A stretch of 64,000 bases of DNA, taken from positions 3,584,001 through 3,648,000 of the forward strand of contig OZ242318.1 in assembly GCA_965208105.1 (NCBI GenBank). Reading direction: 5' to 3'. Every line of letters begins with the position of its first letter. Positions within the stretch are counted from its first letter, which is position 1. Position numbers and translations under genes: made by a program. The notes under the pieces were generated by a model that was given only the letters and a program-made list of their open reading frames with translations, was not told the origin of the DNA and did no database searches. Positions 1 through 9,489 of the stretch are shown one piece after another. Source of the DNA: Candidatus Latescibacterota bacterium (GTDB lineage Bacteria; Latescibacterota; UBA2968; UBA8231).

Positions 1-2476
1 GGAGGGAGGCAAAAAGATCCTTGTACGATCGGTTGGGAGATTCTACTCGATTGAAGAATTGAAGAATATGGTCGTCGATGCACATTACGACCTTCGACTC
101 AAGGATATTGCCGAAATCAGCCTGAAACTGCCTAAACGGAAGTGGGTAAATCGGGTTGACCGCAAGGAATCCATGTGGATTTCCGTTCAACGAACTTCGA
201 CCGGAAATATTGTAGCGGTCTCCGAAGAGGTGCGGGCTACGCTGGAAGAGGTAAAAAAGCGTCCCGATTTCCAGGGGGTGGAAATCGATATCGTCTGGGA
301 TCAAGGCAGGCATATTGTCCGGTCCTTGGACCATTTGAAAAGTTCGGGATGGTGGGGCGGCCTGTTTGCCGCTGCGATCCTGTTCATCTTTCTCAGGATT
401 CTACGGATAACATTAGTCATCACCTCGGCGATTCCGCTTTCGATCCTTACCACCATGATTGCCATCTACTTTATGGGGTGGTCCCTTAACTCTGCTACCA
501 TGCTGGGATTATTGCTGAGTCTGGGGTTGGTGGTAGATAATGCCATCGTGATTGTGGAAAATATCTATCGCAGGCGTCAGGAAGGTACGGACCCTCGCCT
601 GGCATCCATTCGAGGAGCCGGCGAGGTTGAGTTGGCCGTGACCACCGCAACTCTTACCACGATTGTTGTTTTCTTGCCCCTGATATTGATGAGCGAAGAT
701 GAGCACTTTGTTTTCTGGATGATGCGCATTGGGCTACCGGTGGCAATCGGATTGCTTGCCTCCTTGTTTATTGCCTTGATTTTGATCCCCTTGGCGGTAC
801 AGCATTTGGAAGTCTCTCGAAAACGTGGTGATCCGAGATGGATAATGTGGCTGCGCAATGGGTACCTGCGTTGCTTGAGATGGGTCCTCAACCACAGGCT
901 CGATTCGCTTATCGCGGTGTTGGTGATCATGGGCAGTATCTATATCCCATACGAAGGCCTGAAAGATATGGATCGTCCAGAGGGTCGGCGGCGGCATGTT
1001 CATCTGCGATTCAATATGCCAACCGGAAACACGCTCGAGCAGTCCGACAAATTTATGCGCAGCGTGGAAGATACATTGATGAATCACCAGAAGGAATACG
1101 GTTTCGAGCATTTGAGGGTGAGGGCCAGGACCTGGGATGGGCATGTCCGGCTGGTTTTCAAAGAAGAGGAGCAAGTGGCATGGTACAAAGGGGTCTTTGA
1201 TCAATTCATCAGGATGATTGGGTTGCACGAAAAATCGCATATGACTCCTGATGAAATCATAGAGGACATTAAGGAACGTCTCGTAATGCCGGCAGGCGTC
1301 CACCTGGTTTTGAATTGGGGGCGCAGCGGGAGCTCGTTCGAAGCGGCAGATGAACACAACTCGGTCTCGATACATCTCTATGGTGATGATTATGCAAGGT
1401 TGGTGAGGTTGGCCGAAGAAGTCGAGCGGCGGATGGATCAGATTCCGGGGTTTATATCGGTATATACAGATATGGATCGAGGCACACCGGAATTACAGGT
1501 AAACGTCCATGGTGAAAAGTTGAGCCGGTACGGCATTTCGCCCGAAGTGATTTCCAATAGTCTTCTGGGAAGGCTTGCCGGATTCGACGTGGGCGATCTT
1601 CCCCAGGAGGATGGAAGCGAATTGGACATTCGAATCCAGGTGGAGGAAGAGGACCACTATAATCTGCAACAACTCCGCAACCTTCCCTTTTCAACGAATG
1701 AAGGCCTGCTGGTTCCCTTGGAGATATTGGCCTCGTTTCAACCGGAGCGCAGCCTGGGAAAGATTCGCCGCAAGGACCGTAAAACCTTGATCAGAGTGAC
1801 GGCTCTGGCTCCCAGGGACAACGCCAGGGAACTCTTCGGGGAAGTGGATAGAATGATGGAAGATTTCCAGATGCCGCGCGGTTATCGCTGGGATAAAGGC
1901 GCAAGCTTTGTGCGTTTGGAAGAAGCCAATCGGTCCCGGCAATTTGCCCTGATCATGGCGGGGGCATTTGTATTTTTGTTGATGGGTGTGCTCTTCGAGT
2001 CGATTTTGTTGCCCTTTTCGGTGATGATTGCCGTACCGTTCGCCCTGTTGGGGGTGTATTGGATGCTGTATCTAACCCATACTCCCTTTGAGTTCCTGTC
2101 ACAGATTGGCACGGTAATTCTCATCGGGATGGTGGTGAATAACGCCATTGTGCTCATCGACCTGGCCAACCGCCTGCGCAGGGATGGGCTGAATTGCCAT
2201 GATGCTCTGATCGAGGCTGCCAGACACCGGTTCAGACCAATCCTGATGACCACCTTCACCACGATCTGTGGCTTGATTCCCATGACGGTAGGCAATGTTC
2301 AAGTAATTGGCACAGGATATGCCCCTTTGGGACGCGCCATGATGGGTGGGTTGCTGGCCTCCGCGCTGCTCACCTTGTTGATTGTGCCCTTGTGCTATTC
2401 TTTGCTTGAAATCCTTCGGGGCTTGGTAAAAGATTTCGTGGTTTCTGCCTTCGGGAATCACCATGAACCAAGGTAA
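1..2476 (+). CDS. AcrB/AcrD/AcrF-family RND efflux permease, 5' end cut off by the window edge
   Basis: The frame is open from position 2 (EGGKKILVRSVG...). RND motifs: SAIPLSIL, LVVDNAIVIVENI, TTIVVFLP, VVNNAIVLID and RFRPILMTT. Confidence 0.93.
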   Translation, partial: EGGKKILVRSVGRFYSIEELKNMVVDAHYDLRLKDIAEISLKLPKRKWVNRVDRKESMWISVQRTSTGNIVAVSEEVRATLEEVKKRPDFQGVEIDIVWDQGRHIVRSLDHLKSSGWWGGLFAAAILFIFLRILRITLVITSAIPLSILTTMIAIYFMGWSLNSATMLGLLLSLGLVVDNAIVIVENIYRRRQEGTDPRLASIRGAGEVELAVTTATLTTIVVFLPLILMSEDEHFVFWMMRIGLPVAIGLLASLFIALILIPLAVQHLEVSRKRGDPRWIMWLRNGYLRCLRWVLNHRLDSLIAVLVIMGSIYIPYEGLKDMDRPEGRRRHVHLRFNMPTGNTLEQSDKFMRSVEDTLMNHQKEYGFEHLRVRARTWDGHVRLVFKEEEQVAWYKGVFDQFIRMIGLHEKSHMTPDEIIEDIKERLVMPAGVHLVLNWGRSGSSFEAADEHNSVSIHLYGDDYARLVRLAEEVERRMDQIPGFISVYTDMDRGTPELQVNVHGEKLSRYGISPEVISNSLLGRLAGFDVGDLPQEDGSELDIRIQVEEEDHYNLQQLRNLPFSTNEGLLVPLEILASFQPERSLGKIRRKDRKTLIRVTALAPRDNARELFGEVDRMMEDFQMPRGYRWDKGASFVRLEEANRSRQFALIMAGAFVFLLMGVLFESILLPFSVMIAVPFALLGVYWMLYLTHTPFEFLSQIGTVILIGMVVNNAIVLIDLANRLRRDGLNCHDALIEAARHRFRPILMTTFTTICGLIPMTVGNVQVIGTGYAPLGRAMMGGLLASALLTLLIVPLCYSLLEILRGLVKDFVVSAFGNHHEPR

Positions 2477-4283
2477 AGCGCCGGTTCAGCCTGAATGGTT
2501 GCATTGGAAGGCGCTGATCTGGCTGGCCAGGATACTCTGGAAGGCCGCCCCTGCTTCCCTATTCACCCATCTGGGCTCGGCCGTGCTGCAGTCCCTGTTT
2601 CCGGCGCTGCGGCTGCTGATCATCAAGGAGCTGATCGACGAGTCGCACCAGGCATTCGACCAGAAGACCGAAGGATTCGAAAGTGTGATGGTCTGGGTCG
2701 GCCTGTTGGTCGGTTTGCAGGTGGTGGATGCTCTTCTGTGGGGGATCAAGGTACATGCGCGGGGGAGGGTGCGGGAGAAACTGGAATGGAGGCTCGAGGA
2801 CCGCATGCTGCAACGGGCGGGCACCCTGGACTTGGCGCGGTATGAAGACCCGGTGCTGTTCGACCGGTTGAAGCGAGCACAGGAGGCGACAACGTCATGG
2901 GCAATGAACGCCTTCGACTACAGCCGCCTGGCCCTGGAGGGCGTCATCGCCCTTCTGTCCTTCTCCGGGCTGCTCCTCGGTGCCCATATCTCCATTCCAT
3001 TCTTGTTGCTCCTTGGTGTGGTCCCCATGCTGGTCACCCACATCCGCCAGGGCAAGGAGCGCTTCCGGCTTTACCACGAACAAACCCCGCATCAGCGCCG
3101 GGAAGAGTACCTAGTGAAGCTGCTCCTCGACCGGGAGGCTGCCCAGGAGATCAGACTCTTTCGCCTGGGAGAATTTCTCAAGGAGAAGTGGCATCGCTTG
3201 GCCCTGACGCTGAAGCAGGAGCGCTTCCGCCTCATCCTGAAGCAGCAGAAGGCTCAGGTCCTGGCGCGGCTGCCGGGGTTGGTCGTCCTCTTCGCCGCCG
3301 TGTTCATCCTGCTCTGGCAGGCCGTACACGTCATCATCACCCTGGGTGCTTTCTTCGCGTTGATGGAAGCGGCCCGAAGTTTCCAGAACCGTCTGCGCGA
3401 GCTCCTGGTTGACCTGGGTACGGTTCTCGAGAGCATGCTCTACGTGTCGGACCTCTACAGCTTCGTCTCCACGGGGCCGAAACCTCCGGCACGCACCATC
3501 GCCCTGTCCGACCAACCCCTGTCCATCTCCTGCGAGGACGTGTGCTTCGCCTACCCGGGGTTCCCACAGGTTCTGCACGACCTGAACTTCCATCTGCGCG
3601 TCGGCGAGAAGATAGCCCTTGTGGGCGAGAACGGAGCCGGCAAAACTACCCTGATCAAGCTGCTTTTGGGCCTCTACCATCCAACTTCGGGAAGGGTGTT
3701 GATCAATGGAGTGGACACCCGGCAAATCGACGCAGCCTCCCTGCGGGACCGCTGCGCCGCCGTCTTTCAGGATTTCCTGCAGTTCCAGCTTTCCGCCCGG
3801 GAGAATATCGGGTTCGGCCGCATCGAAGCCCTGGAGGACATGGAGCGCATCAGGGAGGCGGCCTCCGCCAGCGGAGCGGCGCCTGTGGTGGAGGATCTGC
3901 CCGGACGATACCGGACCATTCTGGGGCGCTACTTCGAGGGCGGCCGGGAACTGTCCCGGGGTCAATGGCAGAAACTGGCCCTTGCCCGGGCCTACTTTCG
4001 CCGGGCCCAGTTTCTGGTCTTCGACGAGCCCACCGCGGCCCTGGATCCGAGGGCCGAGCTGGAGGTCTTCCAGCAGTTCCGCACCCTGGCCGAGGACAAA
4101 TCCGCCGTCCTCGTCTCCCATCGAATGGCCTCGGCGCGCATCGCCGATCGCATCCTGGTGCTAAAGGAGGGACTCCTGGTGGAGAGCGGTCACCACGAGG
4201 ACCTTATCGCCATCGACGGGGAGTACGCCCGAATGTTCGCGCTGCAGTCCCACTGGTACAAAGAAGTGGCGGGCATGAAGTAA
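2463..4283 (+). CDS. ABC exporter, fused permease + ATPase (half-transporter 1)
   Basis: N-terminal TM helices; Walker A GENGAGKTT; signature LSRGQWQK; Walker B/D-loop FLVFDEPTAALD; H-loop SHR. Overlaps the end of the RND gene. Confidence 0.93.
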   Translation: MNQGKAPVQPEWLHWKALIWLARILWKAAPASLFTHLGSAVLQSLFPALRLLIIKELIDESHQAFDQKTEGFESVMVWVGLLVGLQVVDALLWGIKVHARGRVREKLEWRLEDRMLQRAGTLDLARYEDPVLFDRLKRAQEATTSWAMNAFDYSRLALEGVIALLSFSGLLLGAHISIPFLLLLGVVPMLVTHIRQGKERFRLYHEQTPHQRREEYLVKLLLDREAAQEIRLFRLGEFLKEKWHRLALTLKQERFRLILKQQKAQVLARLPGLVVLFAAVFILLWQAVHVIITLGAFFALMEAARSFQNRLRELLVDLGTVLESMLYVSDLYSFVSTGPKPPARTIALSDQPLSISCEDVCFAYPGFPQVLHDLNFHLRVGEKIALVGENGAGKTTLIKLLLGLYHPTSGRVLINGVDTRQIDAASLRDRCAAVFQDFLQFQLSARENIGFGRIEALEDMERIREAASASGAAPVVEDLPGRYRTILGRYFEGGRELSRGQWQKLALARAYFRRAQFLVFDEPTAALDPRAELEVFQQFRTLAEDKSAVLVSHRMASARIADRILVLKEGLLVESGHHEDLIAIDGEYARMFALQSHWYKEVAGMK

Positions 4284-4284
4284 C

Positions 4285-6105
4285 ATGAGCCAGCTTCCAT
4301 CCATCCACGCCCGGCGCGAGTCGACGGCCCGCCTGTTGCTGCGCCTCTTTTACATTCTGATCACCACCCATTCCTACGGAATGATCGGGTTGGGCCTGGT
4401 CATCCTCCTGGCCGGCCTCCTTCCCGCCGCCGAACTGTGGATTATCGGCAAGTTGCTGGATCGCCTCGTGGAAGTCACCGGCCTGGGACGGGAGGGGTTC
4501 CAGGCGCTCGTGCCCTGGGCCCTGGCTCTGGTGGGGACTCTGGTCTTGGGACCTCTGCTGGACATGGTGCGCGGCATCGTGGAGGTGGACGCCCAGGAGA
4601 GGGTCCGGATTCGACTGCAGCAGCAGGTCATCGAGAAAGTACAGGGAACGGACCTGGTCAACTTCGAGGAGCCCGAATTCTACGATATGCTGCACCGCGC
4701 CAACGAGGACATGGGAAACCGCATCCTCTACCTGTTGCAGCAGGTGATTCAAATTGCCGGTTCGCTGATCGCCCTGGGGGGTATTCTGGGCGTGCTGTTC
4801 ACCGGGCACTGGTCCCTGGCGCCGATCGTGGCCCTGGGAGCCATCCCGGGGATATGGATCAGCAAGAAGGTGCATCGTGTCATCTTCTGGTCACATCTCA
4901 CGCGCACTCCGCAGGCGCGGAAGGCCCAGTACTTGCGGGAGTTGCTCCTCAACCGCGACGAAGCCAAGGAGGTGAAGCTCTTCGCTCTGTTCGACCATCT
5001 GCGCGGCGAATGGAGAGACAACGCCCGCTCCCTGGCGGCGGAGCGCCGCAGGCTGACTGCGAAGAAGGCTTGGCTGGACGCCCTTTCGGGGCTCGTCCGT
5101 TCCTGGGCCTACAGTCTATGTCTTGCTATTCTGGCCTATTTCCTCACCGGAGGGGCACTCACCATCGGGCAATACGGCATGCTTATGCAGGCAGTGCAGC
5201 AGTTCGCCCGGCGCCTGGATACCATCGTATACGCCATTGGGCTGTCCTTCGAGCAGTGCCTGTACCTGGGAGACCTCTTCGAATTCCTGGGCATGGAAAG
5301 ACGAACCAATGGCAGGACGCCTGCCCTGGAAGTAGCCCGTGGCCGGCAACCGGCCAAAGATCTTACCTTGCGTTTGGAGGATGTGAGCTTCCAGTATCCG
5401 GGCACGGAGCGTCCCACCCTGAGAGACCTGAGCCTGGAGATCCGGCCAGGGGAGCGCATCGCCCTGGTGGGGGAGAACGGGGCAGGCAAGACCACCCTGA
5501 TCAAGCTGGTGATGGGGCTCTACCAGGTCTCCTCGGGCCGCATTCTTCTGGGCGGGCGCCTGCTGCAAGAGTGGGACCCCGAGGAGTTGCGACCGCTTTT
5601 CGCCGCGGTCTTTCAGAATTTCGTCAAGTACCAGTTTTCTGTGCGTGACAACATCGCCTTCGGTGCCTTGGAAATTGAGGGTGAAGATCGAATTCGGAAG
5701 GCGGCTGAAATGGCCGGTGCAGCCGAATTCATAGATAAATTTCCGAACCAGTACCATACCCTTCTGGGACGGCCGCTGGGAGGCGTAGATTTGTCCATCG
5801 GGCAATGGCAGAAACTGGCTACCGCCCGTGGTCTTCTGCGGCCCTCGAAATTCATCATTCTGGACGAGCCGACTTCCGCTCTCGACCCCAAGGCAGAAGC
5901 ACAGGTCTTTCGCCGCTTCGCCGAGATGACCCGCGACAAAACCGCTATTCTGATCTCTCACCGCTTGGGATCTGCCCGAATAGCGGACCGCATCCTGGTT
6001 CTCAAAGATGGACGTCTGATCGAGGAGGGAGACCATGAAAGCCTGGTTGCAATGGAGGGTGAGTACGCTCGATTGTTCCGGCTTCAGGCCCGTTGGTATG
6101 CCTAG
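4285..6105 (+). CDS. ABC exporter, fused permease + ATPase (half-transporter 2, probable heterodimer partner)
   Basis: GENGAGKTT, LSIGQWQK, IILDEPTSALD, SHR. Starts 1 nt after the previous stop and is a paralogue of the same length (606 aa). Confidence 0.93.
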   Translation: MSQLPSIHARRESTARLLLRLFYILITTHSYGMIGLGLVILLAGLLPAAELWIIGKLLDRLVEVTGLGREGFQALVPWALALVGTLVLGPLLDMVRGIVEVDAQERVRIRLQQQVIEKVQGTDLVNFEEPEFYDMLHRANEDMGNRILYLLQQVIQIAGSLIALGGILGVLFTGHWSLAPIVALGAIPGIWISKKVHRVIFWSHLTRTPQARKAQYLRELLLNRDEAKEVKLFALFDHLRGEWRDNARSLAAERRRLTAKKAWLDALSGLVRSWAYSLCLAILAYFLTGGALTIGQYGMLMQAVQQFARRLDTIVYAIGLSFEQCLYLGDLFEFLGMERRTNGRTPALEVARGRQPAKDLTLRLEDVSFQYPGTERPTLRDLSLEIRPGERIALVGENGAGKTTLIKLVMGLYQVSSGRILLGGRLLQEWDPEELRPLFAAVFQNFVKYQFSVRDNIAFGALEIEGEDRIRKAAEMAGAAEFIDKFPNQYHTLLGRPLGGVDLSIGQWQKLATARGLLRPSKFIILDEPTSALDPKAEAQVFRRFAEMTRDKTAILISHRLGSARIADRILVLKDGRLIEEGDHESLVAMEGEYARLFRLQARWYA

Positions 6106-6228
6106 CTCCAAACTGTTGCCGATCACCTGATTTCCCCAACCTAGATTAGAGACTGGCACAATTCGCAGGGGAGGTCACTTCGGCAATTCCACGAAAATCT
6201 CGAAATCCAGGATGGGGGATGTAAGCCG

Positions 6229-6654
6229 ATGAATGAAGTAGCTCTCCGAAGAGACCTGCGGGAGGTGGATTGGGAGGCCTTGGCAAATATCTACTGTCGC
6301 GCTCCCCTGGGCACGCCTCATCCCGAGAAACTCCGTCGATCCTACGAAAATTGCGAGGTATGTTGTTTTGCCTTTTCGAATGATGAGCTGGTGGGAGCAG
6401 GAAGAGCAATTTCGGACGGGGAGACCTTTGCAACTGTTTGCGATCTTGTCGTTTCGCCTGACTTTCAACATCAGGGTATCGGTAGAGCCGTCCTGAGATC
6501 CATACTTCAGCAACTCGCTGTTCCCAAGGTGCTGCTTGCATGCATCCAGGGGCAGGAGGAATTTTATAGGAAGGAAGGATTCCTTAAACACAAGTCGGTC
6601 ATGGCGCTATACGAGAACCATGAATGGTTTGTTGCCAATGGCTATCTCGAATAG
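6229..6654 (+). CDS. GNAT-family N-acetyltransferase
   Basis: LVGAGRAISDG; motif A DLVVSPDFQHQGIG; FYRKEGF. GGGGGA RBS-like run upstream. Confidence 0.9.
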   Translation: MNEVALRRDLREVDWEALANIYCRAPLGTPHPEKLRRSYENCEVCCFAFSNDELVGAGRAISDGETFATVCDLVVSPDFQHQGIGRAVLRSILQQLAVPKVLLACIQGQEEFYRKEGFLKHKSVMALYENHEWFVANGYLE

Positions 6655-6824
6655 GGAGGTTTTCCACCAGGTCTTATCGGCTGGTGATTCGGAATTGGTT
6701 TCGTCCACTTCTTATAACCACAGGGTGTTGCGGAAGAGAGGCTACCCCGCCTTGGCTTTCGGCAATCTGCTTTGCGGTTTCGCAAACCGGTAACTCGACA
6801 GGTCGATTGCAGAAGTACCCTCCA

Positions 6825-7199
6825 ATGTCAAACTATTTTCGCATAGTGTCTGGCACGACTGGAATTTTCGAGGCCGTAACCCGGGATTGCCCATCGGATG
6901 ATCCTCGCCGTTCGGAAAAACCCGATGGGGCCTGGTTGCCCAAGGTCGGACTTCGGTTCGAGGGAGCCATTTCTTTCTGGACTGAAGCCGGGTTGAATCG
7001 CTATATGGAGTGCGGTTTGTTTCGTTGGCATGCCTCGGTAGTCCGTGACAGACCAACGGTGCTATGCGCTTCGATCCAGGGTCCAGCTCTATACTCCGAT
7101 CCCTACCAGGTTATATGCCATCCAAGGGCTGCCCACATTTTGTCCGAAACGGACTGGGAAGTTTTCCTCGCCCAGCGCAATGAGAAGCACAACACCTAA
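6825..7199 (+). CDS. hypothetical protein (~124 aa)
   Basis: ATG at 6825 lies in the 6624..7199 ORF. Protein-like composition (GAISFWTEAGL, LYSDPYQVI); no family recognised. Confidence 0.55.
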   Translation: MSNYFRIVSGTTGIFEAVTRDCPSDDPRRSEKPDGAWLPKVGLRFEGAISFWTEAGLNRYMECGLFRWHASVVRDRPTVLCASIQGPALYSDPYQVICHPRAAHILSETDWEVFLAQRNEKHNT

Positions 7200-7282
7200 C
7201 CGAACCGTTGCACGGCGGTGCATTCACAGCAGATTGCGCTTTGGAGTATGAAATCGAGCAACTTTTCCGAATGGACGCGTCA

Positions 7283-7473
7283 ATGATTCGGCGAAAGGCT
7301 GTACGAGCGGTCAATTTGACGCCGGATCACAGGGCATTGCTGATGAAGGTCCAAAAGCCTGTCACAGGATGCCAAGTTTGAATTACGCCCGGTGGAGGTC
7401 TGGAACCCGGAGAGTCTGGCGATGAAGTACTTCGACGCAAAGTCGCCGAAGAGACCGGCGCGGGGAACCTGGA
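7283..7473 (+). pseudogene. Nudix hydrolase remnant (not in the ORF track)
   Basis: Translates MIRRKAVRAVNLTPDHRALLMKVQKPVTGCQV*ITPGGGLEPGESGDEVLRRKVAEETG. This is a Nudix box GX5EX7REUXEEXG with RE changed to RK. TGA at 7379-7381 sits where the Trp of W-x-x-PGG is expected, and the resemblance ends shortly after the box. Confidence 0.8.
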
Positions 7474-7501
7474 CCCGGAAGACGATGAGACGTCTTCCGG
7501 G
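7474..7501. terminator. perfect 11-bp hairpin between convergent genes
   Basis: CCCGGAAGACG-atgaga-CGTCTTCCGGG. There is no U tract, so terminator function is uncertain. Confidence 0.4.
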
Positions 7502-7554
7502 CTCATTCGGCGGACCCGAGGGCAAAAGGATGCGGGGAGTACGGGGCCGGCTGC

Positions 7555-8844
7555 TTACGCAGAAAGCGCGTCCGGCCGGGGGCCGCCGGTGGCCCAGTCC
7601 AGCAGCTCCACCGTGTGCACCACAGGCTGCTCGATGCCGCGGCCGATCTGCTCCATGCAGCCGATATTGCCGGCGGCCACCAGCTGCGGCTCCACCGCGG
7701 CGATATTCTCGGCCTTGCGCTCCTGCAGCTGCGCGGCCATCTCCGGCCTGAGCAGGTTGTAGGTGCCGGCGCTGCCGCAGCACAGGTGGGCATCGGGCAC
7801 CTCGACCACCTCGAAGCCGGCCTGGCGCAGAAGTTCCCGGGGCTGGTCTTTGATTTTCTGGCCGTGCTGCAGGGAACAGGCGTCGTGATAGGCCACCCGC
7901 ATTCCGCCGGGGTTCTGCACTTCTCCCAGCCCCATCTCCGCCACTAACTCGGATACGTCCTTCACCAGGGAGGTGACCGCCCGGGCCCTATCGGCCCACT
8001 CGGGCTCGTTGCGGAAGATGTAGTCGTACTCCTTGACCGCGGTGCCGCAGCCGGAGGTGTTGAGCACGATGGCGTCCAGCCCTCCATCCTCGATCTCCCG
8101 GTGCCAGACTTCGATGTTGTTGCGCATCAGTCCCAGGCTGCGCCGGCGCTCGCCCATGTGGAAGGTGAGGGCGCCGCAGCAGCCCATTTGCGGGGGGACG
8201 ACCACCTCGATCCCCAGCCGGGTGAGCAGGCGCACGGTGGCGTCGTTGATCTGCGGGCCGAGGACCTGCTGGGCGCAGCCGGTGAGCAGGGCCACGCGCG
8301 CCCTGCGCCGTCCCTGCGGCGCGATACTTCCGGGGCGAGCCAGCCGGGCGGGAGGTGGCACCGCGGCGGGGGCCATGTCCAGGACGTGGCGCATGCCGGC
8401 GGGCACCAGGAAGCGGAGGGCACGGCCCGCCGCGGCCAGGCGCATGGCGAGACGGAAGCGCCACGGGTGGGGCATGAGGAGGGTGAGGGCGGCGCGCAGC
8501 AGGCGGTCGAGGAGGGGCCGCCTGTATTCCCCCTCGATTCGGGGACGCGCCTCCTCCAGCAGGTGGGAATAGGTGACGCCGCTGGGGCAGGTGGTCTCGC
8601 AGGCCAGGCAGCCGAGGCAGTTGTCGATGTGCTCGACGGTGTTGTCGGTGACCTCGATGGCCTCTTCGAGAATGTTCTTTATCAGGTAGATGCGCCCCCG
8701 CGGCCCCTCCAGCTCGTTGCCGGTGAGCAGGTAGGTGGGACAGGTGGCGTTGCAGAAGCCGCAGTGGACGCAGGTCCGCAGGATCTGTGCGGAGACTTGG
8801 ACATCGGGGTTCTGCAGCCGTTCGGGTGAAATGGATGTGCGCAT
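7555..8844 (-). CDS. glcF: glycolate oxidase iron-sulfur subunit
   Basis: CVHCGFCNATCPTY and CLGCLACETTCPSGV 4Fe-4S motifs; two CCG domains (GCCGAL, YHDACSLQHGQ...CCGSAGTYN). Confidence 0.93.
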   Translation of the reverse strand: MRTSISPERLQNPDVQVSAQILRTCVHCGFCNATCPTYLLTGNELEGPRGRIYLIKNILEEAIEVTDNTVEHIDNCLGCLACETTCPSGVTYSHLLEEARPRIEGEYRRPLLDRLLRAALTLLMPHPWRFRLAMRLAAAGRALRFLVPAGMRHVLDMAPAAVPPPARLARPGSIAPQGRRRARVALLTGCAQQVLGPQINDATVRLLTRLGIEVVVPPQMGCCGALTFHMGERRRSLGLMRNNIEVWHREIEDGGLDAIVLNTSGCGTAVKEYDYIFRNEPEWADRARAVTSLVKDVSELVAEMGLGEVQNPGGMRVAYHDACSLQHGQKIKDQPRELLRQAGFEVVEVPDAHLCCGSAGTYNLLRPEMAAQLQERKAENIAAVEPQLVAAGNIGCMEQIGRGIEQPVVHTVELLDWATGGPRPDALSA

Positions 8845-8892
8845 GGGCTGAATTGCCGCTTCAGGAGGCGGCGGGGTTCCGGCGCTTCCGCG

Positions 8893-9405
8893 TCAGTTAC
8901 GGGTCGATACCGTTCCAGGCGGCGCTGCCTCCGGGTGAGGGAGCGCTCCACCCAGCCACCGGGCCAGGGCCTTGTGCGGCGAGCGGATCTCTTCCATCGA
9001 GGTGAAATAGTGGTCTTCCCATCCCGCCTCGGGGAGACCGGTGAAGATCATCAGGTTCAGGGGATAGTGCTCGGAGTCGGTGCACCTCCGCAGGTCGTCC
9101 CTGAACAGGAATATCTGCTTCTCGAGGGCGATGGCCATCCCCAGCTCCACCATTACGCCTTCGTCCGGCGGGGTGCCGTTGACGACGGCGAAAATGGCGT
9201 CGCATGCCAGCAGGTCGCGCACATCGTCCTGGCCCACCCTGAAGGCCCAGCCTGCTTCGGTCACGTCTAGGGGGCTGTTGCGCGCGAAGGGTTCCCACAC
9301 CTCGGCGCCCATGTCCTCCAGGATCCGGACGAAGGGGGGAAGAAGGTTCTCCTTCTGCTGGGCCGAGAATCCGTAGGGGCTGGCCAGATATATTCTCTTT
9401 TTCAT
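8893..9405 (-). CDS. nucleoside 2-deoxyribosyltransferase family protein
   Basis: IYLASPYGFS; D-x-G-x3-E-x-G motif (PDEGVMVELGMA); LNLM near the C-terminus. Start set at MKKRIY. Confidence 0.85.
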   Translation of the reverse strand: MKKRIYLASPYGFSAQQKENLLPPFVRILEDMGAEVWEPFARNSPLDVTEAGWAFRVGQDDVRDLLACDAIFAVVNGTPPDEGVMVELGMAIALEKQIFLFRDDLRRCTDSEHYPLNLMIFTGLPEAGWEDHYFTSMEEIRSPHKALARWLGGALPHPEAAPPGTVSTRN

Positions 9406-9489
9406 ATGGCCCGATTTCCGCCATCTTCGGGGTGTATTACCTTCTCCCCTGATTCCAGCAAGCTCGAACGAGCGGGATAATCTAAAGGT

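Noticed and set aside
7379-7381. TGA at a Trp position suggesting recoding or selenocysteine
   Set aside because: TGA is a normal stop in many genes here, and the same frame has a Nudix-box substitution and is truncated, so decay is the simpler explanation.
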